Positions 29,544 to 39,208 of a stretch of 64,000 nt of DNA are shown here, one piece after another. The translations under genes were made by a program, and so were the position numbers. Origin of the DNA: Myxococcota bacterium (GTDB taxonomy: Bacteria > Myxococcota_A > SURF-8). How positions within the stretch are numbered: the first letter of the stretch is position 1; each line of letters starts with the position of its first letter. Below the pieces are notes generated by a model, which had not been told where the DNA came from, searched no databases, and saw nothing but the letters and a program-made list of their open reading frames with translations. The stretch is taken from NCBI GenBank assembly GCA_963674735.2, contig CAXXQS010000002.1, positions 2,272,001 through 2,336,000 of the forward strand, given 5' to 3'.

Positions 29544-30006
29544 GGAACTTCCAAGGCTTTGCCGCGAAGCGTTTTCGGACTCGGAAAGCGGAGCAAGACC
29601 CGTTTCCGGCGCGGCATCAAACCTAGCATTAACCGGTAAATCATAAGTGATAATACGTATGTTTGAAATCGTGTTACGAAAAAGAAAGAGGTAGCAACTA
29701 CTTGATTTTATGGAATTAACCCTTGCAGCTCTTTTATTTCGATGATAGGCTGAGGTCCGTTTGGGCGCTGGTAGCAGTTTGAGTATGTTACCATTACTAT
29801 GCTGATACATCACTATGCAAGTTAAACGCGGATCTATTTGGGGGGTCAAATCGCGAGTAAGGCGGAATGCCGCGCTCTCTGTTTGTGCCTAACTGCGAAT
29901 GGACCGGTGTGTCCGTCTGCTAGACACACCGTGGATTGATGGACGTGTGTCAAGTATCGAACTTTGTTTGACGGATCTGCGAACTCATTTTCCGGAGGAA
30001 ATGCGC

Positions 30007-30219
30007 ATGGCAGAAAAAATGGAAACCAAAAAGAAGTTTGATGGTGAAAACGTGGAAATTCTTGCCGAGACCTATGAAGACGGCACTCCGCCGAAAGCCG
30101 ACCGCTGGCGGGGGAAATTGAAGAATCGGGAGCAGATGCTCAAATATATCAAAACGGGCCAGCGTTATTGGTACGACGAAGATTCGTACGGAAGCGAGAA
30201 GCGCAAAACGCCGGCCTGA
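30007..30219 (+). CDS. Small hypothetical protein heading the acs operon
   Basis: GGAGG RBS; 70 aa MAEKMETKKKFDGENVEIL...RYWYDEDSYGSEKRKTPA; same strand as, and directly upstream of, acsD. Confidence 0.7.
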   Translation: MAEKMETKKKFDGENVEILAETYEDGTPPKADRWRGKLKNREQMLKYIKTGQRYWYDEDSYGSEKRKTPA

Positions 30220-30286
30220 TTGCCGATTTGGGTTATGAGTCGACTTTTTTTTGACTTGGATTCAGGTGAGTGTGAAGGAGGGATAG

Positions 30287-31762
30287 ATGACGGTTGAGAC
30301 CCCGAAGCAAAGCTATAGCGGAAGCATTCGGGCGATTCCCATCCCGGGCGACAAAGGATTTACGCTCGGTGGTGAGACGACCATGCCCTACTACCTATTC
30401 GAAGGGGAGATGCCCAATCCCCCGAAAATTGCGGTAGAGGTCAATGACGTCGAACCGGGGGAATGGGCCCAGGAACTGAAAGATCAGTGGGGCGACGTAC
30501 TCAAAGACCCGGTGAAATGGGCCAAAATGGCCCAGGATAAACTGGGTGCCGATCTGATCCATCTCGAACTGGTCGGGACCGATCCCAATGGACAGGATCT
30601 GGGGGCCGATCATGCCGTGGACGTGGTGAAGAAGGTGGCGGCCGCCATCGATATTCCCCTGGTCGTCTGGGGCTCGTCGAACCAAGAAAAGGATAAAGAT
30701 ATCCTGCGCGCGGTGGCTGAGGCCGTTACCGATCGGCAACTGATGATCGGACCGGTGCAGGAAGACAATTATAAACAGGTGGGCGCGGGTATTCTGGCGT
30801 ACAAACACATCGCCATCCCCAACAGCCCCATCGACATCAACCTGGCCAAGCAGCTCAACATTCTGCTCGGCAATCTGGGCCTGCCCGCCGACAAGATTTT
30901 GGTCGATCCCACCACGGGTGGCTTGGGATACGGCATGGAGTATAGCTACTCCGTCATGGAGCGCGCGCGTCTGGCGGCCCTGGTGCAGGAAGATGAAAAG
31001 CTGCAGTATCCGCTTTATTGCAACCTGGGTAAGGAAGTGTGGAAGGTCAAGGAAAGCAAGCTGAGTGCCGAGGAAGCTCCCGAACTGGGCGACCCGACCA
31101 AGCGCGGCGTGCTGATGGAACTGCTCACCGCGACCTCGGTTCTGGTGGCCGGCGCCAACGTGTTGGTGTTGCGTCATCCGGAGTCGGTGAAATACGTTCG
31201 CGAGCTGATCGACGATCTGACCAACGCCAACGAAAAACCGGGAATGCAGAAACCGGCAGCCATCGACCGCTCGGTGAAACTCGAAAAACCGAAAGCGGCC
31301 GCCAAACCGGCGGCTAAACCGGCGGCTAAACCGGCGGCCAAGCCTGCCGCCAAGCCTGCGCCCAAGGCAGACGACGCGGCCAAGAAGGCGGCCGAGGCGG
31401 AAGCCAAAGCCAAAGCGGAGGCGGCGGCCAAAGCCAAGGCGGAAGCGGAAGCCAAAGCGGATGCGGAAGCCAAAGCCAAAGCGGAGGCGGAAGCCAAGGC
31501 CAAGACCGACGTGGTTCCTGCGGCCGCTCCGGCCCCGGTTGCCACTGTGGTCGAAAGCGCCGACACCGAAACTCATATCGTCAAGACGTTGGATGCCGGT
31601 GACGACGACGGAAGCGTCACCATCGTCATTCACGTCGGTTCATCTGGAGAACAACAACAACAGGGCTCGTCCAGCGATGTGAACCAGTTGCAAGCGATGA
31701 TCAAACAGCAACAGGCCGAAATCGCCGAGCTCCGCGAAATCGTGGCGAGGAGGAAATCGTGA
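30287..31762 (+). CDS. acsD: Corrinoid Fe-S protein small (delta) subunit with a long C-terminal extension
   Basis: LGGETTMPYYLFEG, SPIDINLAKQLN, DPTTGGLGYGMEYSYSVMER, LRHPES; then an Ala/Lys/Glu linker and a coiled-coil tail. Confidence 0.93.
   Translation: MTVETPKQSYSGSIRAIPIPGDKGFTLGGETTMPYYLFEGEMPNPPKIAVEVNDVEPGEWAQELKDQWGDVLKDPVKWAKMAQDKLGADLIHLELVGTDPNGQDLGADHAVDVVKKVAAAIDIPLVVWGSSNQEKDKDILRAVAEAVTDRQLMIGPVQEDNYKQVGAGILAYKHIAIPNSPIDINLAKQLNILLGNLGLPADKILVDPTTGGLGYGMEYSYSVMERARLAALVQEDEKLQYPLYCNLGKEVWKVKESKLSAEEAPELGDPTKRGVLMELLTATSVLVAGANVLVLRHPESVKYVRELIDDLTNANEKPGMQKPAAIDRSVKLEKPKAAAKPAAKPAAKPAAKPAAKPAPKADDAAKKAAEAEAKAKAEAAAKAKAEAEAKADAEAKAKAEAEAKAKTDVVPAAAPAPVATVVESADTETHIVKTLDAGDDDGSVTIVIHVGSSGEQQQQGSSSDVNQLQAMIKQQQAEIAELREIVARRKS
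31285..31505 (+). repeat. Coding low-complexity repeats (AAKP)n and (AEAEAKAK)n in AcsD
   Basis: 12-nt tandem units such as GCGGCTAAACCG, followed by GCGGAAGCCAAAGCC-type units. Confidence 0.85.
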
Positions 31763-33894
31763 AAATTGAAATTAAAGTCGGATCCGATAAAGGTCAAGCG
31801 GCGGGAGCGTCTTCGGATGTGGCCGTGCTCAAGCAAATTTTCGAAACCAATCAAAAAGAAATCGCCGAGCTGAAGAAGATGCTCGCCGGTGGGCAGCCCG
31901 TCGTGGCGGCGGCTCCCCCGACCGTGGCGAAAGCGGCTCCCAAGCCGAAGAAAAACGTCATCAAAAGCATCGATCCGGCGACGCTGAAAACCATCGACAT
32001 GGCCTGCGAAGACAACGTCCAGGTCGTGTGGGATCGTCTGTCGGATCAGGAACCGCAGTGCACCTGGGGCAAGGGCGGTATCTGTTGCCGCATCTGCGCC
32101 ATGGGCCCCTGTCGCATCAAACCCACCAAGCCGGGTCAGCCCGAGAGCGTGGGCGTCTGCGGCGCGGGAGCCGATGTCATCGCCGCGCGTAACTTCGTGC
32201 GCATGATCGCCGCGGGCGCGGCGGCGCACTCGGATCACGGTCGCGCCGTGGCCGAAGCCTTGCTGCACACCGCCAAAGGCGAAATGCCCGGCTACGAAAT
32301 CAAGGACGAGCAGAAGCTGCTGCAGGTTGCCATCGATTTTGGTATTTCCATCGAAGATCGCAGCATCAAAGATATCGCCATCGACGTGGGCGAGAAAGCT
32401 CTGGCCGAGTTCGGTCAGCAGGAAGGCGAGATCGCCTTTACGCATAAGGCCCCCAAGAAACGCCTGGAACTGTGGCGCGAATTGGGCGTGGTGCCGCGCG
32501 GCGTCGATCGCGAAATCGTCGAGATCATGCACCGCACGCATATGGGCGTCGACCAGGACATCCATAGCCTGATGCTGCAGGGTACGCGCGCATCCATCGC
32601 CGATGGCTGGGGCGGCTCGATGATCGGTACCGAGTTGCAGGACATCCTGTTCGGGACGCCGGTTCCGATCCTCGGTGATGCCAACCTGGGTATTCTGAAG
32701 GACGACGAAGTCAACATCATCATCCACGGCCACGAACCGCTGCTGTCCGAGCAGATCGTGGCGGCGGCGCAAGACCCGGAGATGCTGAAATACGCCGAAA
32801 GCAAAGGCGCGAAGGGCATCAACCTGGGTGGTATCTGCTGCACCGCCAACGAGATTCTCATGCGCCACGGCGTGAACGTGGCCGGTAACTTCCTCCAGCA
32901 GGAACTCGCCATCGCCACCGGCGCGGTGGAAGCCATGGTGGTGGACGTGCAATGCATCATGGCCTCGCTGCCCAAGGTGGCCGAGACTTTCCATACCCGC
33001 GTGATTACCACCAGCCCGCGCGCCCAGATCACCGGCGCCGAGCACATGGAATTCAACGAGCACGACGCGGTCAACAACGCGAAGGATATCGTCAAAGCCG
33101 CCATCGACAATTACGAAAACCGCGGCAAGAAGCATGCGGTCAAGATCCCCAGCGAAAAGCATACCATGGTGGCGGGTTTCTCCCACGAGACCATCGCCTA
33201 TCTGCTGGGCGGCATGTATCGCACCAGCTACAAGCCGTTGAACGACAACATCATCAACGGCAAGATTCGCGGCATCGCGGGCGTGGTCGGCTGCAACAAC
33301 CCCAAAGCGCCCCACGACAAATACCATGTCGAGATGGTCAAAGAGCTGATCAAGAACGACGTGATCGTGCTCATGACCGGTTGCGGCGCGCTGTCGCTGG
33401 GCAAGGAAGGACTGCTGGTACCCGAGGCGGCCAAGGAATTCGCCGGACCGGGTCTGGCCGAAGTCTGCGAAACCGTCGGTATTCCGCCGGTGCTGCATAT
33501 GGGTTCCTGCGTCGATAACTCCCGCATCCTGATGGCCGCCACCGCGGTGGTCAAGGAGGGCGGCTTGGGCGACGATATCAGCGACCTGCCGGCCGCCGGC
33601 GCCGCCCCCGAGTGGATGAGCGAAAAAGCCATCTCCATCGGACACTACTTCGTATCGTCCGGTGTTTACACGGTCTTCTCCACGGCTTTCCCCACCTTGG
33701 GAGCGCCGGGCTTCACGGACTTGTTGTTCAAGGAGTACGAGACGATCACGGGTGGCAAGTGGGACTACATCGAAGACCCGGTCGAGGCGGCCCAGGCCAT
33801 GATCGCGCATATCGACAAGAAGCGGAAAGAGCTTGGAATCGATAAGCAGCGTGAGCGTGTGCTGGCCGATATGGCTGCGCGTCGCGATGTCTAG
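31759..33894 (+). CDS. cooS: Anaerobic Ni-Fe carbon monoxide dehydrogenase catalytic subunit
   Basis: QCTWGKGGICCRICAMGPC; C-cluster ligands HGHEP, GICCTANE, VDVQC, VGCNN, TGCG, GSCVDN; GTG start after a GAGGAGG RBS. Confidence 0.96.
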   Translation: MKIEIKVGSDKGQAAGASSDVAVLKQIFETNQKEIAELKKMLAGGQPVVAAAPPTVAKAAPKPKKNVIKSIDPATLKTIDMACEDNVQVVWDRLSDQEPQCTWGKGGICCRICAMGPCRIKPTKPGQPESVGVCGAGADVIAARNFVRMIAAGAAAHSDHGRAVAEALLHTAKGEMPGYEIKDEQKLLQVAIDFGISIEDRSIKDIAIDVGEKALAEFGQQEGEIAFTHKAPKKRLELWRELGVVPRGVDREIVEIMHRTHMGVDQDIHSLMLQGTRASIADGWGGSMIGTELQDILFGTPVPILGDANLGILKDDEVNIIIHGHEPLLSEQIVAAAQDPEMLKYAESKGAKGINLGGICCTANEILMRHGVNVAGNFLQQELAIATGAVEAMVVDVQCIMASLPKVAETFHTRVITTSPRAQITGAEHMEFNEHDAVNNAKDIVKAAIDNYENRGKKHAVKIPSEKHTMVAGFSHETIAYLLGGMYRTSYKPLNDNIINGKIRGIAGVVGCNNPKAPHDKYHVEMVKELIKNDVIVLMTGCGALSLGKEGLLVPEAAKEFAGPGLAEVCETVGIPPVLHMGSCVDNSRILMAATAVVKEGGLGDDISDLPAAGAAPEWMSEKAISIGHYFVSSGVYTVFSTAFPTLGAPGFTDLLFKEYETITGGKWDYIEDPVEAAQAMIAHIDKKRKELGIDKQRERVLADMAARRDV

Positions 33895-33931
33895 GGTTTG
33901 CCACGTCAGGTGCAACAAAGGAGATTAATCG

Positions 33932-36136
33932 ATGTCGAAAATCATCGCCTCTGCCGGTATTCGCGGTGCCTACAAGATCGTTGAGCGCGCGGAGAAGGCT
34001 TGGACAGTGGCCATGGATACCCATGGCGGCAATACGGAAGTCGGCTTTCCCAACACGGGATACTACCTGCCGATTATTTACGGAATGATGGGCCACAAGG
34101 TCAATACCCTGGAAGACATGAAAGCCGTGTTCGACCAGTGCAAGAGCCTGCTGCCCGCCCCGGTGTACAGCAAGCACCATCTGCCCTTCCTCGGACCGGC
34201 CCTCGATGCCGGTATGGCGACGCTGTTCGCCGAGGAATGCAGCGAGTGCCTGCGCTACCTGAACGAGCCGGACTTCTACCTCACCGGTGAGGATGTCACG
34301 GCCGACAAAATCTGGCTCGGCGCGGCCGACGACGTCATCATGCGTAAGCGCGGCGTCGAGTTCGTCGACGGTTCGGCCCCCGGCTTCGCCGCCATCCTCG
34401 GCGCGGCGCCCAACGCCGACATCGCCGCCAAGATCGCCCTGGAGTTGCAGGAGAAAAGCCTGTACGTCTTCATGGCGGGCAGCCACAACGGCAAAACCTT
34501 CTCCGAGCAGCTCGTGGAAGCGGGCGTTCAGATCGGGTGGGGGACGCGCCTGGTTTCCTTCGGTCCCGACACCTCGGCGGCCGTCTTTGCGGTCGGCTTC
34601 GCCACTCGCGCCGCCATGAGCTTCGGCGGCATCGAGCCGGGCGACTTCCGCAAGATCCTGATTTACAACAAAGACCGCGTGTTCGCCTTCGCGCTCACCT
34701 TCGGTGATGTGATGGACGAATGGTACGCCAACGGCCTGGGCATCGTGAACTACGGCTTCCCGGTCATCGCCGATACGCCGATTCCCGAGATTCTGCCGAC
34801 CGGCGTGTGCACCTACGAGCATGTTGTTGCGAATATTCCTTACGACAACATCGTGCAGAAAGCCATCGAGACACGCGGCCTGAAGGTCAACGTCACCGAA
34901 GTTCCCGTGCCGGTTTCCTACGGTCCGGCCTTCGAGGGCGAGCGCGTGCGCGGCGAAGACATCTACTACGAAGCGGGCGGCGGCCGGACACAGGCGGTCG
35001 AGCTGGTGCAGATGCGCCAGATGGACGAGATCGAGGACGGCAAGGTCGAGGTGGTCGGTCCCACCCTCAAAGACCTCGGCCCCGGCAAGAAAACCCCGCT
35101 GGCCATTCACGTTCTGGTGGCCGGACGCGGTTTCCAGGAGGACTTCGAGCCCATCCTGGAACGCCAGATTCACCATTTGATCAACTTCGCCCAGGGTTCC
35201 ATGCACATCGGCCAGCGCGACATCGCCTGGGTGCGTATCGGCAAAGGCGCGGTGGAGAAGGGCTTCGATCTGGTCGACATCGGCAAGATCCTGCATGCCA
35301 AGTTCCATCAGGACTTCGGCAGCATTCTCGACAAGGTGCAAGTGGTCATCTATACGGATGAGGCCAAGGTCAAAGAGATGGTCAAAACCGCGCGGGCCGC
35401 TTACAAGCAGCGCGACGACCGGGTGGAAGGCATGTCCGATGAAGACATCCCCACCTTCTACTCCTGTACCCTGTGCCAGTCTTTCGCGCCGACCCACGTT
35501 TGCGTGGTGACCCCCGAACGGACCGGTCTGTGCGGGGCGTATAGCTGGCTCGACTGCAAGGCCTCCTTCGAAATCAACCCCACCGGTCCCAACCAGCCCA
35601 TCGAAAAGGGCAAGACCATCGATCCGGTCAAGGGCCAATGGGAAGGCGTGAACGACTTCGTTTCGAAGGCCTCGCGCGGAAACGTGGCGGCTTACAACGC
35701 CTACAGCATCATGGATCAGCCCATGACGAGCTGCGGCTGCTTCGAGGCCATCGCGGCCTTCTTGCCCCAGTGCAACGGCATCATGATCGTCGACCGCGAT
35801 CACTCGGGTATCACGCCTTGCGGGATGAAATTCACCACGCTGGCGGGTTCCGTGGGCGGCGGCGCGATTACGCCGGGCTTCGTGGGACATTCCAAGTTGT
35901 ACATCACCAGCCGCAAGTTCGTGGCGGCCGAGGGCGGTATCAAGCGCATCACCTGGATGCCCAAGCGTCTCAAAGAAGAGATCTCCGACCGCTTCAACAA
36001 GCTGGCGGAGGCGATCGGGGAACCGGATCTGCTGGACAAAATCGCAGACGAAACGGTCGGTGTGACGGAGGACGAGATCTATTCCTTCCTGGAAGAGAAG
36101 GGTCATCCGGCGTTGTCGATGGATCCGATGATGTAG
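33932..36136 (+). CDS. acsB: Acetyl-CoA synthase (bacterial long form)
   Basis: FPNTGYYLP, GPAFEGER, CTLCQSFAPTHVC, GLCGA, MTSCGCFE. Confidence 0.96.
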   Translation: MSKIIASAGIRGAYKIVERAEKAWTVAMDTHGGNTEVGFPNTGYYLPIIYGMMGHKVNTLEDMKAVFDQCKSLLPAPVYSKHHLPFLGPALDAGMATLFAEECSECLRYLNEPDFYLTGEDVTADKIWLGAADDVIMRKRGVEFVDGSAPGFAAILGAAPNADIAAKIALELQEKSLYVFMAGSHNGKTFSEQLVEAGVQIGWGTRLVSFGPDTSAAVFAVGFATRAAMSFGGIEPGDFRKILIYNKDRVFAFALTFGDVMDEWYANGLGIVNYGFPVIADTPIPEILPTGVCTYEHVVANIPYDNIVQKAIETRGLKVNVTEVPVPVSYGPAFEGERVRGEDIYYEAGGGRTQAVELVQMRQMDEIEDGKVEVVGPTLKDLGPGKKTPLAIHVLVAGRGFQEDFEPILERQIHHLINFAQGSMHIGQRDIAWVRIGKGAVEKGFDLVDIGKILHAKFHQDFGSILDKVQVVIYTDEAKVKEMVKTARAAYKQRDDRVEGMSDEDIPTFYSCTLCQSFAPTHVCVVTPERTGLCGAYSWLDCKASFEINPTGPNQPIEKGKTIDPVKGQWEGVNDFVSKASRGNVAAYNAYSIMDQPMTSCGCFEAIAAFLPQCNGIMIVDRDHSGITPCGMKFTTLAGSVGGGAITPGFVGHSKLYITSRKFVAAEGGIKRITWMPKRLKEEISDRFNKLAEAIGEPDLLDKIADETVGVTEDEIYSFLEEKGHPALSMDPMM

Positions 36137-36177
36137 GGCTTTGTCTTCCGGCAACATGCCATATGGAGGGACATTAG

Positions 36178-37524
36178 ATGGGACTGAGTGGAATCCAGAT
36201 TTTTAAGCTACTGCCGAAGACCAACTGCGGTGAGTGTGGCGTGCCCACTTGCCTGGCTTTCGGTATGAACCTGGCGGCGGGTAAGGCGGAGTTGTCGCAA
36301 TGCCCGTACGTCAGCGAAGAAGCCCAAGAAAAACTTGCCGCCGAGTCGGCGCCCCCCATTCGCACCGTCAATTTCGGGTCCGGCGAAAACGTGGTGCCCG
36401 TTGGGGGTGAAACCGTGCTGTATCGGCACGAAAAAACCTTCGTCAACAAACCCGGTCTGGGCCTGCTCGTCTGCGACGACGAGCCGGAAGCCGACGTGAA
36501 GGAAAAGCTGCAGCGCTTCACCAATCTGCAGTACGAGCGCGTCGGATTGAATCTCCGGGCCGAAGTGGTCGCGCTTAAATCCAACACCGGCGACCCCGCC
36601 AAGTTCAAGGCGCTGGCGGAAGCGGTCAAAGCCACCGATGCCGCGCCGGTTCTCATCGGCGAGCCGGAAGTGCTCAAGGCGGGCCTGGCGGTATTGAAAG
36701 ACCGCAAGCCGGTTCTTTATGCGGCGACCTTCTCCAACGCGGCCGAAATGGGCCAACTGGCGCTCGAATCGGGCTGCCCCCTGGCGGTGCGCGGCGAGAA
36801 CCAGGACGACCTGGTCGAACTGACCGAGTATTTCACCGCCATGGGGATCAAGGATCTGGTCCTCGATCCGGGCAAGCGGACGCTGCGCGATTCGCTGTAC
36901 GACCATGTATCCATGCGCCGTCTGGCTATCAACAAGGTTTTCCGCCCCCTGGGCTTTCCGACCATCACCTTCCCCTGCGAGATGACCAACGATCCCATGC
37001 TTGAAACCATGTATGCGGGCGTGTTCATCGCGAAGTACGCGGGCATCGTGATTTTGTCGGATCTCAAGGGCGAAAACCTCTTCCCGCTGCTGTTGCAACG
37101 GCTCAATATCTACACCGATCCGCAGCGGCCCATGAAAACCACCGAGGGCATCTACGAGTTCAACGGCCCGACCGAGAACTCGCCGGTGCTGGTCACGAGC
37201 AACTTCTCCTTGACATACTTCATCGTATCCGGTGAAATTGAGGCCAGTCGCGTTCCGGCCTACCTCATGGTGCTCGACACCGACGGTTTGTCGGTGCTGA
37301 CTGCTTGGGCGGCCGGGAAGTTCGTCGGCGAAACCGTCGGCGCGCTGCTGAAGAAAACGAAGATCGAAGAGAAACTGGCCACGCGGAAACTGGTTCTTCC
37401 CGGCTATGTCGCCGTCATCTCGGGCGACACCGAGGAGGAAGTGGGCAAAAACTGGGAGGTCCAGATCGGGCCGCGCGAAAGCGCTCACATCCCGGCGTTT
37501 CTGCGTCAGAATTTCCCAGCCTGA
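36178..37524 (+). CDS. acsC: Corrinoid Fe-S protein large (gamma) subunit
   Basis: LPKTNCGECGVPTCLAF...CP, IYTDPQRP, TSNFSLTYF, SVLTAWAAGKF, GPRE. Confidence 0.96.
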   Translation: MGLSGIQIFKLLPKTNCGECGVPTCLAFGMNLAAGKAELSQCPYVSEEAQEKLAAESAPPIRTVNFGSGENVVPVGGETVLYRHEKTFVNKPGLGLLVCDDEPEADVKEKLQRFTNLQYERVGLNLRAEVVALKSNTGDPAKFKALAEAVKATDAAPVLIGEPEVLKAGLAVLKDRKPVLYAATFSNAAEMGQLALESGCPLAVRGENQDDLVELTEYFTAMGIKDLVLDPGKRTLRDSLYDHVSMRRLAINKVFRPLGFPTITFPCEMTNDPMLETMYAGVFIAKYAGIVILSDLKGENLFPLLLQRLNIYTDPQRPMKTTEGIYEFNGPTENSPVLVTSNFSLTYFIVSGEIEASRVPAYLMVLDTDGLSVLTAWAAGKFVGETVGALLKKTKIEEKLATRKLVLPGYVAVISGDTEEEVGKNWEVQIGPRESAHIPAFLRQNFPA

Positions 37525-37601
37525 GCGGATGGGGGGGGGAATCTTCCCCCCGCCGCCTGGCGGCGCTTTCAACGGATCGACGAGTATAGGAGGGGATACG
37601 A

Positions 37602-38498
37602 ATGAGCATGAAAGTTATCGCCGAGAACGTCAATGTGATGTCGCGGTCGCTCGGACCGGCGATGAAAGAGCGCAATGCCGCGCCCATCATCGCCATGGCC
37701 AAGCAATGTGCGGAAAACGGCGCGGATTACCTCGACATCAACATCGGCCCGGCGCGTAAAAACGGCGACGAGCTGCTGGAATGGATCGTCAAGACCATTC
37801 AGTCCGAGGTGCAACTGCCGCTGTTTATCGACACCACCAACCAGAACATCCAGGAAACCGGCCTGAAATTCCATAACAACGATTTCGGGCGTCCCATCAT
37901 CAATTCCATCGATGCGGTTGCCGAGCGGATGGACTTTCTGATGCCGCTGGCCAAGAAATACGATGCCGGTTTCGTGGCGCTGATGTACGGCAAGGACGGT
38001 ATTCCGCGTGATACCGACGAGCGTGGCATTCTGGCGGCCGACCTCATCGGCAAGTCGATGGAATACGGCTTCGAAGATCCGGAAGCCCTTTTCTTCGATC
38101 CGATCGTGGTGCCGGTTTCCTCGCAGCAGAACCAGGTTCTCTCCTGCTGGGAAGCCACCGGCATGATCGACGACATGATGCCGGGCGCCATGAGCACCTG
38201 CGGATTGTCCAATGTTTCGAACGGTTCCCCGGAGCATCTGCGCGCTGTCATCAATCAGACCTACCTGATGATGCTCAAGCGCCAGGGTATGCGTTCGGCC
38301 ATCATGGACGGACTGGATACCGAGATCATTTCCATCGCCAAAGGCGAGCATCCCGAATGGGAAGCCGTGGTGGCCAAGGCCATGGACGGTGAAGCCATCG
38401 ATATGGACGGCCTGTCCGAGCGTGAGCGCAACTACGTGAAGACAGTCAAGATCCTCAAGGGCGACGCGCTGTATTCCGACTCCTGGTTGGAACTGTAG
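37602..38498 (+). CDS. acsE: Methyl-THF:corrinoid Fe-S protein methyltransferase (pterin-binding TIM barrel)
   Basis: IAENVN, DINIGP, IDT, INSI, FDP, GLSNVSNG; position in the acs operon. Confidence 0.88.
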   Translation: MSMKVIAENVNVMSRSLGPAMKERNAAPIIAMAKQCAENGADYLDINIGPARKNGDELLEWIVKTIQSEVQLPLFIDTTNQNIQETGLKFHNNDFGRPIINSIDAVAERMDFLMPLAKKYDAGFVALMYGKDGIPRDTDERGILAADLIGKSMEYGFEDPEALFFDPIVVPVSSQQNQVLSCWEATGMIDDMMPGAMSTCGLSNVSNGSPEHLRAVINQTYLMMLKRQGMRSAIMDGLDTEIISIAKGEHPEWEAVVAKAMDGEAIDMDGLSERERNYVKTVKILKGDALYSDSWLEL

Positions 38499-38505
38499 CG
38501 GTCCG

Positions 38506-39198
38506 ATGTCCCAAGAGTCTCCCACCCGCCCCAAGCTGGTGGAGCAGGAAAATCTCGACGTGGCGGCGCGGCTGGCGCAGGACATCCTGCGTCGCCTCGA
38601 CCCCGCGGCGATCGCCCGGAAATGCGGTGCCGAGCTGTTCGATAAGGATGGCCGCCCGCATCTGCGCGTTTCCTACTTCACCGATCCCATCGTGATCGAT
38701 CCCTCCGACGGCCGTATGGCGAAAGAATCCGGAGACGGCGTTCCACTTTGGGAACAAATCATCATCCTGCACTATCTAACCCACGACGGCCGACCGTTGG
38801 CGGTGGAGGATCAACGTCCCATCGCCTTCAAGGAGATTCCCGATGGTCGCTTTTACGCCGAGCCTTTCCGGCGGCGTTCCGTTTTGCCGCTGATCGCCGT
38901 GTTTGGTGAAAAGCCCGCTCTGTTGCGGCAGGCGGCGCTGGCGCTCGCTGGGCGTGAAAGCACGGGAGCCGACGTGGCGGTGGTGGTCAACGCCTTTCCC
39001 GAAGCGCCGGTGACGGTGTTTTTATGGCAGGGCGACGATGAGTTTCCGCCCGAGGCCAATTTGCTCTTTCGCGCGGACATCCCCACGTTTTTCTCGGCGG
39101 AAGACGTGGCGGTGATTTCGGGTATTTTGGTCGGTCGCTTGAAAAAGCAAGCCCAGTTGATCGAGGCGGCGGCCGACACAGATGAACACAAGTCCTAG
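38506..39198 (+). CDS. DUF3786-family protein
   Basis: QIIILHYL, FKEIPDGRFY, LWQGDDEFPPEANLLF, AEDVA; family commonly found near acs genes. Confidence 0.85.
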   Translation: MSQESPTRPKLVEQENLDVAARLAQDILRRLDPAAIARKCGAELFDKDGRPHLRVSYFTDPIVIDPSDGRMAKESGDGVPLWEQIIILHYLTHDGRPLAVEDQRPIAFKEIPDGRFYAEPFRRRSVLPLIAVFGEKPALLRQAALALAGRESTGADVAVVVNAFPEAPVTVFLWQGDDEFPPEANLLFRADIPTFFSAEDVAVISGILVGRLKKQAQLIEAAADTDEHKS

Positions 39199-39208
39199 GA
39201 GGTGAGTG

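Noticed and set aside
29457-29640. Glycine, THF or ZTP riboswitch upstream of glyA-gcvT (and of purH at 51220-51300)
   Set aside because: No recognisable aptamer consensus, and the putative promoters leave leaders too short. An Rfam scan would be definitive.
31740-31775. Programmed frameshift or sequencing error fusing acsD and cooS
   Set aside because: An ordinary GTGA stop/start overlap with a strong GAGGAGG RBS explains it as translational coupling.
31630-37572. Long antisense ORFs (762, 803 and 454 aa) opposite cooS, acsB and acsC; likewise 44170..45516 opposite ino1
   Set aside because: Shadow ORFs expected from high-GC codon bias; no recognisable motifs, and they fully overlap well-supported genes.
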